A DNA stretch of 64,000 bases from Podarcis gaigeae (Eukaryota): assembly GCA_964106915.2 (NCBI GenBank), contig OZ066918.1. One strand, 5' to 3'. The notes below the pieces were generated by a model. It was given only the letters and a program-made list of their open reading frames with translations. It was not told where the DNA came from and made no database searches. The translations under genes and the position numbers were made by a program. This document shows, piece after piece, positions 1-11,596 of this stretch (positions are counted from its first letter, which is position 1; the number at the start of each line of letters is the position of its first letter).

Positions 1-3000
1 TGAAAATGGTAGCTTGCAAACTGAGTTTCTGAAATAAAAGTAAATGGACTGAGTGGTTTGAAAAACTAGCTCTCTCACTTTGAGTCTGCCAGCTGACATG
101 TTAGCAAGACAAATTCATTCAATAAACTCAAGAAATGTGAGTCCTTTTTTTGGCCTAAACATTCTAAAGTATGGGAGTGCCATCTTTAGGGAGCTGATAT
201 TGTTCAGTCAGTAGTTTGCCCAGAGCAGAGTGCTAGTGGCTCTCAGACTCAGTCCCAGCAATCCTCCGCAAGCCAGAAGTTAAATTTTCAGTCCTTCTTG
301 GATATAACAGAAGAATCTGTACCTTCTTCAAAATTGCATTTAAAGAAAATCACTCTTAACAACAACCTTGGAGTTTAACAGATAAAAGAGTAGGGTAACA
401 AAGACACCTGGTCGCTTAGAATGTGTTACACTTCCTGGAAAAAGTTTGTAAACAAGCAAACAAACAAACAAGATGCTATTGAGACCTATCCCAAAACATT
501 ATATTGGGATACATTTGTTGTAACGAGACAGAGGCCAGCGGAGGGGGAGTTTGTATGACATATAAAAAATTGGTTCCCAACATGTCTCTATCTCTCTCCC
601 TTGTTCTGAAAATCTGGTTTCTAGGATCCTATGCACCATCTCATACAGTAAGAAACAGCTCACAAGGACAGGGGAACGTTGAGAGAGAGAGAGTGTGTTA
701 ATATTTTAAGTGCTCCTTAAAGTATGCTGTTTTATAATCTCTTAAAACTGAATTCAAGGCTTAGTCATTGGGAAAGATCCAACAAAGATAAATCATGTTG
801 TTTTCAAGAGAAATATTTTAAGCACATTCTTTTCCCTCCTATTGAAACCAGTGGTGTTTAATTTTGGTGGGATCGTGTCCATTAAAGTAAAGCTTCTATT
901 CTATATTTAAAAGAATAATATAGTTCCAAAATAAAGCATTGTAAAGATCATATGCTATTTTAGTATTGTTCAAATAATGAATATTTTGACTCCATCAACC
1001 AAGCAGCTCAAACATTTTACTATCACTGTGATGGAGAAATGCTACTGTGTCCAGAAACAGCCAGGCTAAGTGAAAGTTCTGGAAATGTAGTCTTCAAGTA
1101 AGTGATCAAGTCCTTATCAATACAGTATGGAGAGAACCAAACAGAAATCAATCCTGAATTTTACATCTGTCCCCTTAAGTCAGTATAATTCTGTAGTGCA
1201 GAAAGCATATAGACTGCATGACTAAAGTCTTTGGATTATGATCCTGGGTTTGCTTTAAAGCACTGATGAGCTGAGTTGCCATCTCATGATACCCTTAGAA
1301 CTTAGTTTTCCAAACTGAGTTTTTAAAATGTGTATTTTAAGGGAAATAGTTTGGTTAATTTCAGATCCCCAACAAATCTGCACTCCACTCTGCTGCCACG
1401 AAGTAAGTACTGGGAAGAGGGAGAAGTTGGCCTTTTCTGGCTCTGATTACAATTCAAGCCTTCAAAAAATGGGGGAGGAGGCCATGGCCCTGTTGGGAAT
1501 GCTGCTTGCTTTGGGAGTGCCAATTTCATAGTCCAAACCGGATCATTACAAAGTTCAGCAGTGTAATTAATATAAAGCTTCTACTTAGTTGTAAACAAAC
1601 ATGTTTTTATTTGTTGTGGTAACCATTTTGTATGTGTCCCTTGTTGAGGAAATGTATGAATTGAAATCTGGAGACATAATTTAAATGTGTTCCACTCTGC
1701 AGATCCATTCTGCAGATGAAAATAATGCAGGTTACGTGGTGTAGTAAGTATGCTGATACAGACTGGCACAATTTCCAGTAGTGTGTCCCCCCTTTATTGA
1801 ATTGTATCAGATAAAATAAACATACTGCAATATAGGACACAAAGAAGAAGGGACAAAACCTGATTCCCTGCTATAGAAAAGCTTTCCCTTTTAGTTTCCA
1901 ATACAGTTATGTTCCAAAGGCGTTGCTAAAGAAATATGTTTTTAATTAACAAAGTCAATCAGATTTCCTTTGGGAGCTTCACAGATTGGGGAGCCACAGA
2001 CAGGAAGGCCCTGTTCTGTGTCATTGCCCTATGGGCCATGCCCATGGACAGCAACACAAGCTGGGACTCTCTTCTGTTCTTTACAGGCTGGCAGGTGTTG
2101 AGGAAGGCATTCCTTTCAGTACTGGGTCATCTAGAACTTGGTACATCATCAGCAATACATTGGATTGCACTTGGTGAATTTGCTCTTTCCCTTCTCACTG
2201 CCCCACATAATAGCTGGACAGCAGTATCTTGCACTACCTGCGGTTTCTGGAGCCATCTTCAAGGGTAGCTCCATATAGTGTGCATTGCAATAGTCCAACC
2301 AAGAGCATGGATTCTTGATACCAAGGTGTTCTAGTTCGGAATAATCATAACTGGTGAAACATTGTAAACCAGAGTTTCCTTGTTGTAGTCAGTCACATTG
2401 TATCCTGTTGCTCTTTCCGGTCATTTCATTGCTAGATTATCTAATGTCGCACTCCCTGCAACCCTTTCAGTTGGGTTCCAAAGTCTTGCAGTGGGAGGGT
2501 GGCCTGATTCTCCCCACCATTGCTATCCCAAATAGCATGAACCATCCAGTCTGCTGCCATTCAGTACTGATCTTACTGTGAATACACATGAAAGGCCCTG
2601 GACTCTGGTATTTTCAGTTACCATGACTTCCCTGCACTGAAACCTGCTGCTATGGTTGTGCCACTGCCTCCTGTTCCCTTGCTGCAGTGTTCAAATGCCC
2701 CTTCTAGGATGATCAGCCCCCTTTGTTTGTATGCCAGCTAACCTACTCAGTGCAGCCGATACTTTGGTTGCCAAACCACAAAGCAGTGTTTAGGTCTGAC
2801 TGCATTTCAGTACCGTATTGTCTTTCTTCCCCCATCCCCAAGTCTCTCTGCCCTTGCCTGTTCTCCTCCTTCTGCCTTTGCTTAGGTAATGTCCCCAATG
2901 CTTTTAACTTCACAGCAAAGTTAGAACGCTACGCAGGAAGTTAACTGCCTCGAGTCTTTTAAATTTAAGTAACACACACCAAATAATAAGCTGTTGGTTG

Positions 3001-3062
3001 CGGTTTTTTGTTTTGTTTCTGTTTTGTTGGTGTGGGTATTTTTTTTCCCTGCCTGCAAAGAA

Positions 3063-3306
3063 NNNNNNNNNNNNNNNNNNNNNNNNNNNNNNNNNNNNNN
3101 NNNNNNNNNNNNNNNNNNNNNNNNNNNNNNNNNNNNNNNNNNNNNNNNNNNNNNNNNNNNNNNNNNNNNNNNNNNNNNNNNNNNNNNNNNNNNNNNNNNN
3201 NNNNNNNNNNNNNNNNNNNNNNNNNNNNNNNNNNNNNNNNNNNNNNNNNNNNNNNNNNNNNNNNNNNNNNNNNNNNNNNNNNNNNNNNNNNNNNNNNNNN
3301 NNNNNN
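3063..3306. other. Assembly gap (244 N)
   Basis: Run of N. Confidence 0.99.
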
Positions 3307-3415
3307 TGTTTGTCAGTTTCTCGGTGGAAATTAGAAGCAGTTTTTTTGCAATTCCCTAAGCTGCTGCTCTGTCATATTTTACATAAGCACTGGGAAAACG
3401 TCTTGTAATTAGTGC

Positions 3416-3628
3416 NNNNNNNNNNNNNNNNNNNNNNNNNNNNNNNNNNNNNNNNNNNNNNNNNNNNNNNNNNNNNNNNNNNNNNNNNNNNNNNNNNNNN
3501 NNNNNNNNNNNNNNNNNNNNNNNNNNNNNNNNNNNNNNNNNNNNNNNNNNNNNNNNNNNNNNNNNNNNNNNNNNNNNNNNNNNNNNNNNNNNNNNNNNNN
3601 NNNNNNNNNNNNNNNNNNNNNNNNNNNN
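3416..3628. other. Assembly gap (213 N)
   Basis: Run of N. Confidence 0.99.
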
Positions 3629-3954
3629 TTCTCTTCACTTGGGCCCAACCAAAAATTCTGTTAAGGTGGCTCTGTAAAGATCAGCATGTTTACCAGCAAA
3701 GAACAGAGGCAGCTATAGATGAGGAGTGCAGGGGAGGGTTGGATGAATCTGTTCGACCCTGATGCTGACATTGAGGGACGAATACTGCCAAATCTTAATT
3801 GGGTCTCAAAGCTAGCACTGGGTGCTGCAGTCGGCTTCCCTGTGGTGGTGGTGATGATGGTAATAACACTTAGCATTTGCATAGATAGCCGTCCTGCCCT
3901 GACATTGTGTAAGAGCCTTACAACACCTGAGTCCCAGGCCTTCTGCTGATCTTC

Positions 3955-3992
3955 CGTATGTGCTGGCAGCAAACGTATGTGCTGGCAGCAAA
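3955..3992. repeat. Perfect 19-bp tandem duplication
   Basis: CGTATGTGCTGGCAGCAAA x2. Confidence 0.95.
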
Positions 3993-4119
3993 AGTCAACT
4001 GCATCCATGCAAACAAGCTTGACCTTGCCTAGTTGAACGCTATGGCTACAGAGCAGGGTGGAAAACGGAAGACAAAAGATGAGCGCAAGCAAATAGTATG
4101 GAATGGGAAGGTGGGTGAA

Positions 4120-4325
4120 GGGGCCATTGTTCAGTGCTACAGCATATGCTGTGCATATGGCAGGTCCTAAGCTCAATTCTTGGCATCTCCACTTGGAAGA
4201 ATCAGGGAAAAGATGATGGGAAAGACCTCCATCTGAGACATGGGAGATCCATTGCCAGTCAGAGTAGACTATACTGGACTACTTGGACATATGGTTCCAC
4301 CTGCTATAAGGCAGCATCATATATT
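4120..4325 (+). mobile_element. Degenerate tRNA-derived squamate SINE
   Basis: tRNA-like head (ggggccattgttcagtgctacagcatatgct...ggtcctaagctcaattcttggcatctcca) and tail (gccagtcagagtagactatactggacta...tataaggcagc), shared with copies near 7690, 13880, 43660 and 63520. Confidence 0.6.
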
Positions 4326-5423
4326 CTGTAGCAAATCCGTACTCTCCCAGGCATGCAAAGCTGAACTGTGTGATGAACGTTTGTTTATAGGACACACACT
4401 AATACATGTTACTATTTGGTTGCCTTGCTGAGAGAGACCTAGAAAAGCTGTGTTAGTCAACAATGTCAGCAACTGAATCTTACCAAATCATAGTGCTCCG
4501 TGAGAGAGACCAAATACAAGGGAAGTGTAGACTAGAGTCCCTCAGTGTACTCAGATGTGACTAGTTAAATGGGCTACATATAAAGAAGTACATATAAAAA
4601 AGTTCCTTCTCCATAGCCTCCCCCTGTGGCCCGAAGTAAATCATTCTCCAGTACAAAAAAACCTCTCAGGGGAAACCTATAGACAGTTGTGCAATATGGG
4701 AACAGGTTATTTCCCAGGCTCGGAAGCTCTATGCTGTTGGCAAATGTATACATGTCCTTGTGTTTAACAACCTTTTTATATTGCATAGAGCCCTAGCAAG
4801 CTTCTTTGAAATATGTTAATATTTCATTATCTGTGCCCACTTGAAAGCTCCAACAGAATAGTGATTACACAGAATTTCCTTGCTGTGAAAAAGCTTTCTC
4901 TCTCTTTCCCTCGCCCTATCATGTTGTATTACAGGTTGGATTCTTATAGATGGCACTATTGACTCTGGGGTTAGAGTTCAAGAGTTCATGACCCAATGTG
5001 CCTTGCTTCCCTTGTTGCTATAATGGTCATCCCTGACCATTAGCCATGCTGGCTAGGACTGATGGGAGTTGTATGCCAACAACATCTAGAGGGCACCAAG
5101 TTGACTGACCACAGTTTCTTCCTATTAAGTTTGTGCTTGCCCAGTGAGGATAGTGTGGCTTTGTTGTTATTATTATTTATGGTGTGAATGTAGTCAGGGG
5201 TGAACAAAGGTGTCGTGGCACCCGGGGTGCGCCATTGCTACGTAGGGCGCATGTGCGGCATTGCTACATGCACTGTACATAGCAATTTGCCACCGGCGGT
5301 ACTCCAGCGCCATACGGACGGTGCTGGGATCCCTCCGTTACCGCTACACCCATGAATGGAGGATCCTCCATATGCGGCTGTAGCAGTGACGGAGGGTTCC
5401 CACAGCTATGTACAGCGCATGTG

Positions 5424-5518
5424 CGGCTCCCTTGGCCTGTAAAGCGAGATGAGCACCACAACCCCAGAGTCATCTGTGACCGGACTTAACTGTCAAGGGT
5501 CCTTTACCTTTACCTTTT
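5424..5518 (+). mobile_element. Sauria SINE 3' fragment
   Basis: cggctccc...aaagcgagatgagc...accccagagtc...gggtcctttacctttacc matches the 3' end of the copy at 58670-59007, with an (ACCTTT)n tail. Confidence 0.85.
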
Positions 5519-6639
5519 TACAGCTGTTGGCAACAATTGGGTAAACCTGTTTAGCTCGTGGAAATGCTCCTGCACATCCAACAAAGTTTCAATTCATACT
5601 TTTCACTACCCAGGCTGCATTGCAAATGGTGTTTGAAGGTTTCCTGAGTTCAAAAAGCAGCTTTTAATATGGGTCACAGCTTTTCTGAGGAAAGAACCAT
5701 TGTATCAGAGTGGGAGAAACACACCCTTCTCTGGACCTTGACCAAGGATTGCATCTTTAATGCTTATGATACTGGGACAGAAAATCATTGTGATTTTTAT
5801 CAATAGGCAAGTCCATTTTAGTTTGGTGATACAACAGGACATTAGAACATATTCCTTCCTCAAAAGTTTCAGCATATTGGGTTTATCCTTCTTTATCTTA
5901 GCCTTTGCTTCATTGTACATACTGTACGACCACCACAGTAACTGTTTTACCTAAAGGATCTTGTAATAGACAGCTCAGCAGAAACATTGTGTGCCCTCGT
6001 TGAGATCAATAGAATGCCCTTGTGTTCAGGACTGTTCAATTGATCTCCAGAAGACACCACTGAGACACACAAATAAAGCAAAGCTGCATTTTGTTGAGTT
6101 AAATTCTAAGAAGAATATATGACCATGGCAAGATGCTGCTCATAGTCCTAGTAGTTTTTCTCACATCAGAAATTGAAGCGGAAAGAGGTAAGCACTTGGA
6201 CTAGGTTAGAGAAACCAGTTTTTTGGAGGTTCTGGAGATGTGTCTATTGAAAAGTGAAGGGAAGTCCATATGGATTACACAGACAGAATGTCCTGAAGCC
6301 CCCTTCCCATCCCCACTTCTCTTCCTTCTGCAGTTCTTCTTTCCATACATTTTCTAATAGCCGTGTTTACATCCTGGGACGGCCCATGTGAGAGAATGGC
6401 AGGGCCAGCCACCAGCAGGAGGCAGAGAGTAGTAAAACCTCCATGGCTGTCATCTGACATCCATTGGTAAGGACATAGGGACTCCTCCCCTCAAGCATAA
6501 CTTAGAGCAACTGTGTATTATTTACACCCCATCACTAGTTGTCACAGCTTTGGAAAATTGTGGAATGAAATATAGGTGGGGAAGGGGCCAGCATTCCTAC
6601 CTCTGCTCTTTCAAACAGCTAGATGATGATAATGATGAT

Positions 6640-6748
6640 TTATTTATTTATACCCCACTCATCTGGCTGGGTTTCCCCTGTCACTCTGGGTGGCTCCCAA
6701 CAGAATATTAAAAACACGATCAAACGTTTAACATTTCCCTAAACAGGA
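6640..6748 (-). mobile_element. LINE (L2-type) 3' end fragment
   Basis: (TTTA)n tail then taccccactcatctggctgggtttcccc...actctgggtggctcccaaca; related pieces at 14145-14215 and 14292-14325. Confidence 0.55.
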
Positions 6749-9124
6749 ACATCATCTCCTTTTCCAGGTGAATGGGCAGACCTGCTTTTACAATCATGAA
6801 TTTGCCAGTAGCACATATAGTTTGGACTTGACAATCAAGCTTCCCTCTTCTTTCTTTAGTGAGGATGCAGGTGTTCGGTATACCCAATATTGCTGGAGTA
6901 ATTTTCTCCTTGCGGAATACGGAATAGTTTTTTTAGGATTTTGAGATTGCTAGTCATCAGTGGGTTTCTAAGAAATCACTACTTGATTCTAGGTTTTTGT
7001 TGTTTTACTAGACTTCGACAGATGCTTCAAAATATTTTAATTGAATGCTTTAGAACGGGGGGGGGGGAGGGGAGCTGTGCTTTTACAGCTTTGTGGAGAT
7101 TAAAGGACATGCAATGAAGTTTATATGTATAGGAGTAGGGATGTTTTTTGTAGTCATAAAGGGTTATACTGCCTAGAAATTACATAGCACCTTCCATAAA
7201 CTAAGTCAGAGAGGGTTGAAATGACTTGCCCAAAGCCACAAAGTGAACAGCCTGGAACCAAATGGGATATTTTCAGTTCCAGACTGCCCCCCTCCAGCAT
7301 GCATACTCACACATACATTCCCTCCCATATAATTATTATTTCCTTCCATCACCTCATTCTCAGTACTGTGCAGCAGAGTATGCTACAATTCAATTGGTGA
7401 GTTTGATTTGAAGTCATAGAAGGAAACTGCACATTGGAGTGAGGAAGGAGGAGCAAGAGAAGCGCCGGGACAGAAAATGGGGGGGTCTATGGGTGAAGGA
7501 AATACATACTCAAAATAATTTGTTAACAAGGCTCAAATATTGCCACTCTGTGATAATCCTTACACATGCAAGGCATATCGTGGTTTTTCACTAGTGAACC
7601 TGTACTGACTGTTTTGGCTTCTTCACAAGTTCTGTGGAACTGCATGTTGGAAGTAACAGCGCTGCTGTTTCCTGTGGGACTGTGCAGAAGGGCCATAACT
7701 CAGTGGTAAAACAACTTGGACAGCTGCTGGAGTCAGTGTGGGCAGTATTGATCTAGATGCATGAATGGCCTGACTCAGTATTAAAGCAGCTGCTTGTGTT
7801 CCTATGCTGCTGTTGGCTTACTTACTTATCCTGGGGGAAAGAAAGTGTTGCCTTCTGGAAGGAGCCCACCACTGCAAAAGAGGTAGGGATGAGTAAAAGT
7901 GGCTTGTGAATTTCTCACCTATCCCAACCAACCAAAATTGTAAGGTGCTTAAACATTGTTTAAATCCTAAAAACAGTTCAGACAACTCAACAGAAATGCA
8001 AAACCATTCCAGCAGCCTATGAGCCAAAGTCAAACAATTCTTCTGGCTCAGACGAAAACTTGAGGGGAGGAGACGTCACTCAAAGAGCTGGTGTCCTTTG
8101 CTTCAGGACCTTCGATACATCAGAGAGCACACCTCCATTGCAGCTCTCACTGCCCAGTAGGAGCCAGCAGTCACAGAACTGGGCAGTGGTTCCTCTAGAA
8201 AAAGAAATTGCCTTGGGGAGAGCAGGGTTAAAGACAGGCTCAGTCCCACCAGGAGACCTCAGGTTGTTGCTGAGACAAACAGCACTCCTTGGGTGAGTTC
8301 CAGCCACATCCTGCCACTGTGATTTGTCCAGGGTCCTGACAGGTGGTGTTCTGTCTTGTCTGTTGTGCTCATGCATAGCCGTCTTGATAGTGCTCTCTCA
8401 AACTAGGCTTGCCCCACCTGTTGTGACTCCACTCTTCTAGACATGAGGAGCTGACCTTTCCAGTAAGTGCCACTGCTTTGACCTGGCCTTCCTGGGATCA
8501 CTGAGACATGCTAGGACAGGACAAACTATTCAAAGTAACTACTTAAATATATAGTATTTGAAAGCCACTGAGAGGTCCAGGAGAATCAAAAGGCTTACAC
8601 TCCCCTGTCTTCTGACTGTGGTGGTCAAACCAGGTGAAGAAGGCAGTTTCAGTTCCCAAACTGGGTCAAGATCCAAATCCAAAATGGGTCTAGATAATCC
8701 AGGAATTTGCTACTATCTGTTAAGATATATCATCTAAAGAGGGAGGAATAGCAACTAGTTGATATTCTGACAAATTATATAGGGTGTCTCCAACCACCAC
8801 CTTCAAGGCAGTCAAAGCCACTCCCTTTCTCTATTTGGTTAAAAATAGATCAGTGCATTCAGCTGGAATGCACAAGAAATCCACAGATTGTTTTGATGAA
8901 ACAAAATTGTCTTCATATTTAGTCCACCTTTTACACATGGGAAGGAAATATATCATCTGAAACATGCTGGATTCCTATGATTTCCAGTCATTTAAGGCTG
9001 GGGTAGCCAACGTGGTATCCATCAGATGTATGAATTATAAATCCCATCATCCCCAGCCACCATGGCCAATAATGAAAGATGTTGGGATAACTTCATTTGA
9101 GCTATCTCTATGTTTATAACTATA

Positions 9125-9369
9125 CAGTGGTACCTCGGGTTACATACGCTTCAAGTTACAGACTCCGCTAACCCAGAAATAGTGCTTCAGGTTAAGAACT
9201 TTGCTTCAGGTTAAGAACTTTGCTTCAGGATAAGAACAGAAATCTTGCTCCAGCGGCGCGGCAGCAGCGGGAGGCCCCATTAGCTAAAGTGGTGCTTCAG
9301 GTTAAGAACAGTTTCAGGTTAAGAACGGACCTCCAGAACGAATTAAGTACTTAACCTGAGGTACCACTG
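9125..9369. mobile_element. Tc1/mariner (pogo/Tigger-like) MITE
   Basis: TIRs CAGTGGTACCTCGGGTTA / TAACCTGAGGTACCACTG, TA target duplications at 9123 and 9370, internal repeats of GCTTCAGGTTAAGAAC. Confidence 0.9.
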
Positions 9370-11364
9370 TATGTTTTAAATCTATGTAAAATAGTTGCCA
9401 GCGTTGTAGATACCCAGCACATTAGTATTTCGTTGAGCACTTCAGTCTGGAAACAGTTTAGAGATTCGGGGAATTTGGGGGTTATCATCTCAGGTTGTTT
9501 GATGGTATAGACTGCTCCTCAGAGGTCACCCTTGCATCCTGACTTGTAACATTGCTGCTTATGCAGATTGGTGATTTGGCTCACTTGTGTTCAAAATTCA
9601 AAGACAATGTTTTTTCTGAGAAGGGAGTAGGTAAAAAGGCAGAAGGTAATGATTTTAAAAACATGCTGGATGAAGACAGCCTGCTGTAAGATTGGCTGTG
9701 CAGCAAATGAAATGGGAAATGAAATGAGGTCAGGCTTATAAAATACACCATTTATCAACTATCTAAATCTTAATCCAGCGTTTCATTGGTTTTCTCGTTC
9801 TGCAAACAACTGAACTGCTGTGAAAACAGCCACAGAATCCCTCCAGGCCAGTGTTCAATAGAGTCCAACCTTCATGCTTTAATGCTAGGCTATCGCCAAC
9901 AACATTTGTGCATAGAGAAACCCAGCACTTCTACACCAAGGAGCTATGTTTTATCATTTCCATAAAGACTGTTGAGGCCTCAATAGAGAGCGAGAATCCA
10001 ATTTTGTTTATGATGTTTCTTGGTTTGCCAACCAAATATTTTGCTTGTCGGTCAATTGCTGAAGGAGCATTAGCAATCAATCATAGGTATGATTGTTCTG
10101 CATGGTGTAGAATCTGTCTGTGTAGCATACGGATCCTAGTGGTATATGAAAAAATATGTAAGATCTGTTTTCATTCTAACCCTCAATCTGCAAAAAACCC
10201 ACAAAAAAACAACCCACATCCTTTATTTTCATATAGTACCGTATATTAGAAAAACAAGAAGTATTTCCAGAAGACTGACATTTCAGCATAAGGGTGAGGC
10301 TTCTAGTTATCAGGGTGCAAGTCTTTATGTATAAAGGACACTGAGCTTTGTGTCCATCTGTATTCTTTCCAAACTCAGCCATGTAAGACCAATAACTTGG
10401 TTCGCCTGATCAAATGCTGCAATTCAGATTAGATCCCAGCAGTTGCACAGGGAACTGTTTGGTCCTATAAGTTTACTCTTCAGTGCAGTGCCTTTACAAG
10501 ATCAAGATTGGACTATTGGGTTATTTCTTTTTATCACCATGCATAACAGTCTGTAGCAAGTCCCTGCACTATTCTTTAATGGACTATTACAATTATGTCT
10601 AATAACAAATGTGCACTATCTAAACTTCTGATGGCCTTAACTTCTTGAAAGTCTTCAAGACATGCACACTTGTCCTCCCTAGATGTGTTTCAGTCTATTG
10701 GAAGGAAATGTCTGAGACAACATATGCTAAAGGACCTTTAGTTTGGTAGTGATGGAACAACATGGGACATCATAGGATGTCCTCCATAGCAGCAAGATAC
10801 TGTTACTTAAATCTAGTTAAATTTGTCAACAAAACATTTGAATTGGCCCTCCTCCTTAAAACTATCATAGAAGAGGTTCATACTTTTTATCCATCCCTGA
10901 AATTTGTTTTTGAGGAGCCGGTTTCATGGTGAGTATCTTAACACTATAAAACCAGAAAGTCAAAGCGCATAGTTTTATAAAATGTTATTTTTAAAGTTTC
11001 ACTTCTGTATGTTCATAGTCTTTGAATAAGACATATTTGTTTCATACTCTGCATGATACTGAACAGCAGCATTGGGGACCCCCCTTTTGTATCTTATATA
11101 TTTTTTTCACAATTTTAGTAGCAGTCCAGAATGGACTTTTAAAAAAGGTTTTAGGTGTGAAGCATCAGACAGGCATGTATCAGTACACTAAAGTGGCTGG
11201 AAACTGGCAGAAGTTTAGACTATATAACATGTAAGTAGGAGCTGGGTGGATTTGTTTGTTCCATCACATGGGTAGGTTTATGTGCAATGTATTGTCTTCT
11301 AAGGATGTCAAATTCTCTGCCCTGAAAAATTCAGTGTTGTACATTTTCTTCTTTTCTTCCATAG

Positions 11365-11596
11365 ACAAAACTTGCCAATGGCACTTCAAGCATGATTGTG
11401 CCAAAGCAAAGGAAGCTATCTGCAAGCTATGAAAAGGAGAAGGAGCTCTGCATCAAGTATTTTGAGCAGTGGTCAGAGTCCGACCAAGTGGAATTTGTGG
11501 AACATCTCATCTCCCAGATGTGTCATTATCAGCACGGGCACATCAACTCATACCTCAAACCTATGTTACAGAGAGACTTCATCACGGCACTACCAG
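11365..11596 (+). CDS. BTRC: BTRC exon (D dimerisation domain), 232 nt
   Basis: ttccatag|ACA AAA CTT...CTA CCA G|gtag; [77 protein letters not shown]. Confidence 0.96.

Noticed and set aside
2994-3762. ORFs of 79-136 aa spanning poly-X
   Set aside because: Artefacts of the two N gaps.
3661-4176. 171-aa minus-strand ORF
   Set aside because: No recognisable domain or splice context; starts inside a SINE; compatible with chance.
9181-9330. Regularly recurring GCTTCAGGTTAAGAAC units resembling a CRISPR-like array
   Set aside because: Internal sub-repeats of a TA-flanked MITE; no unique spacers, no cas genes, eukaryotic context.
1-11364. Upstream BTRC coding exons (e.g. the one encoding TYNSCARLC...)
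   Set aside because: Not found by eye. They are probably upstream of the window, though the N gaps cannot be excluded.
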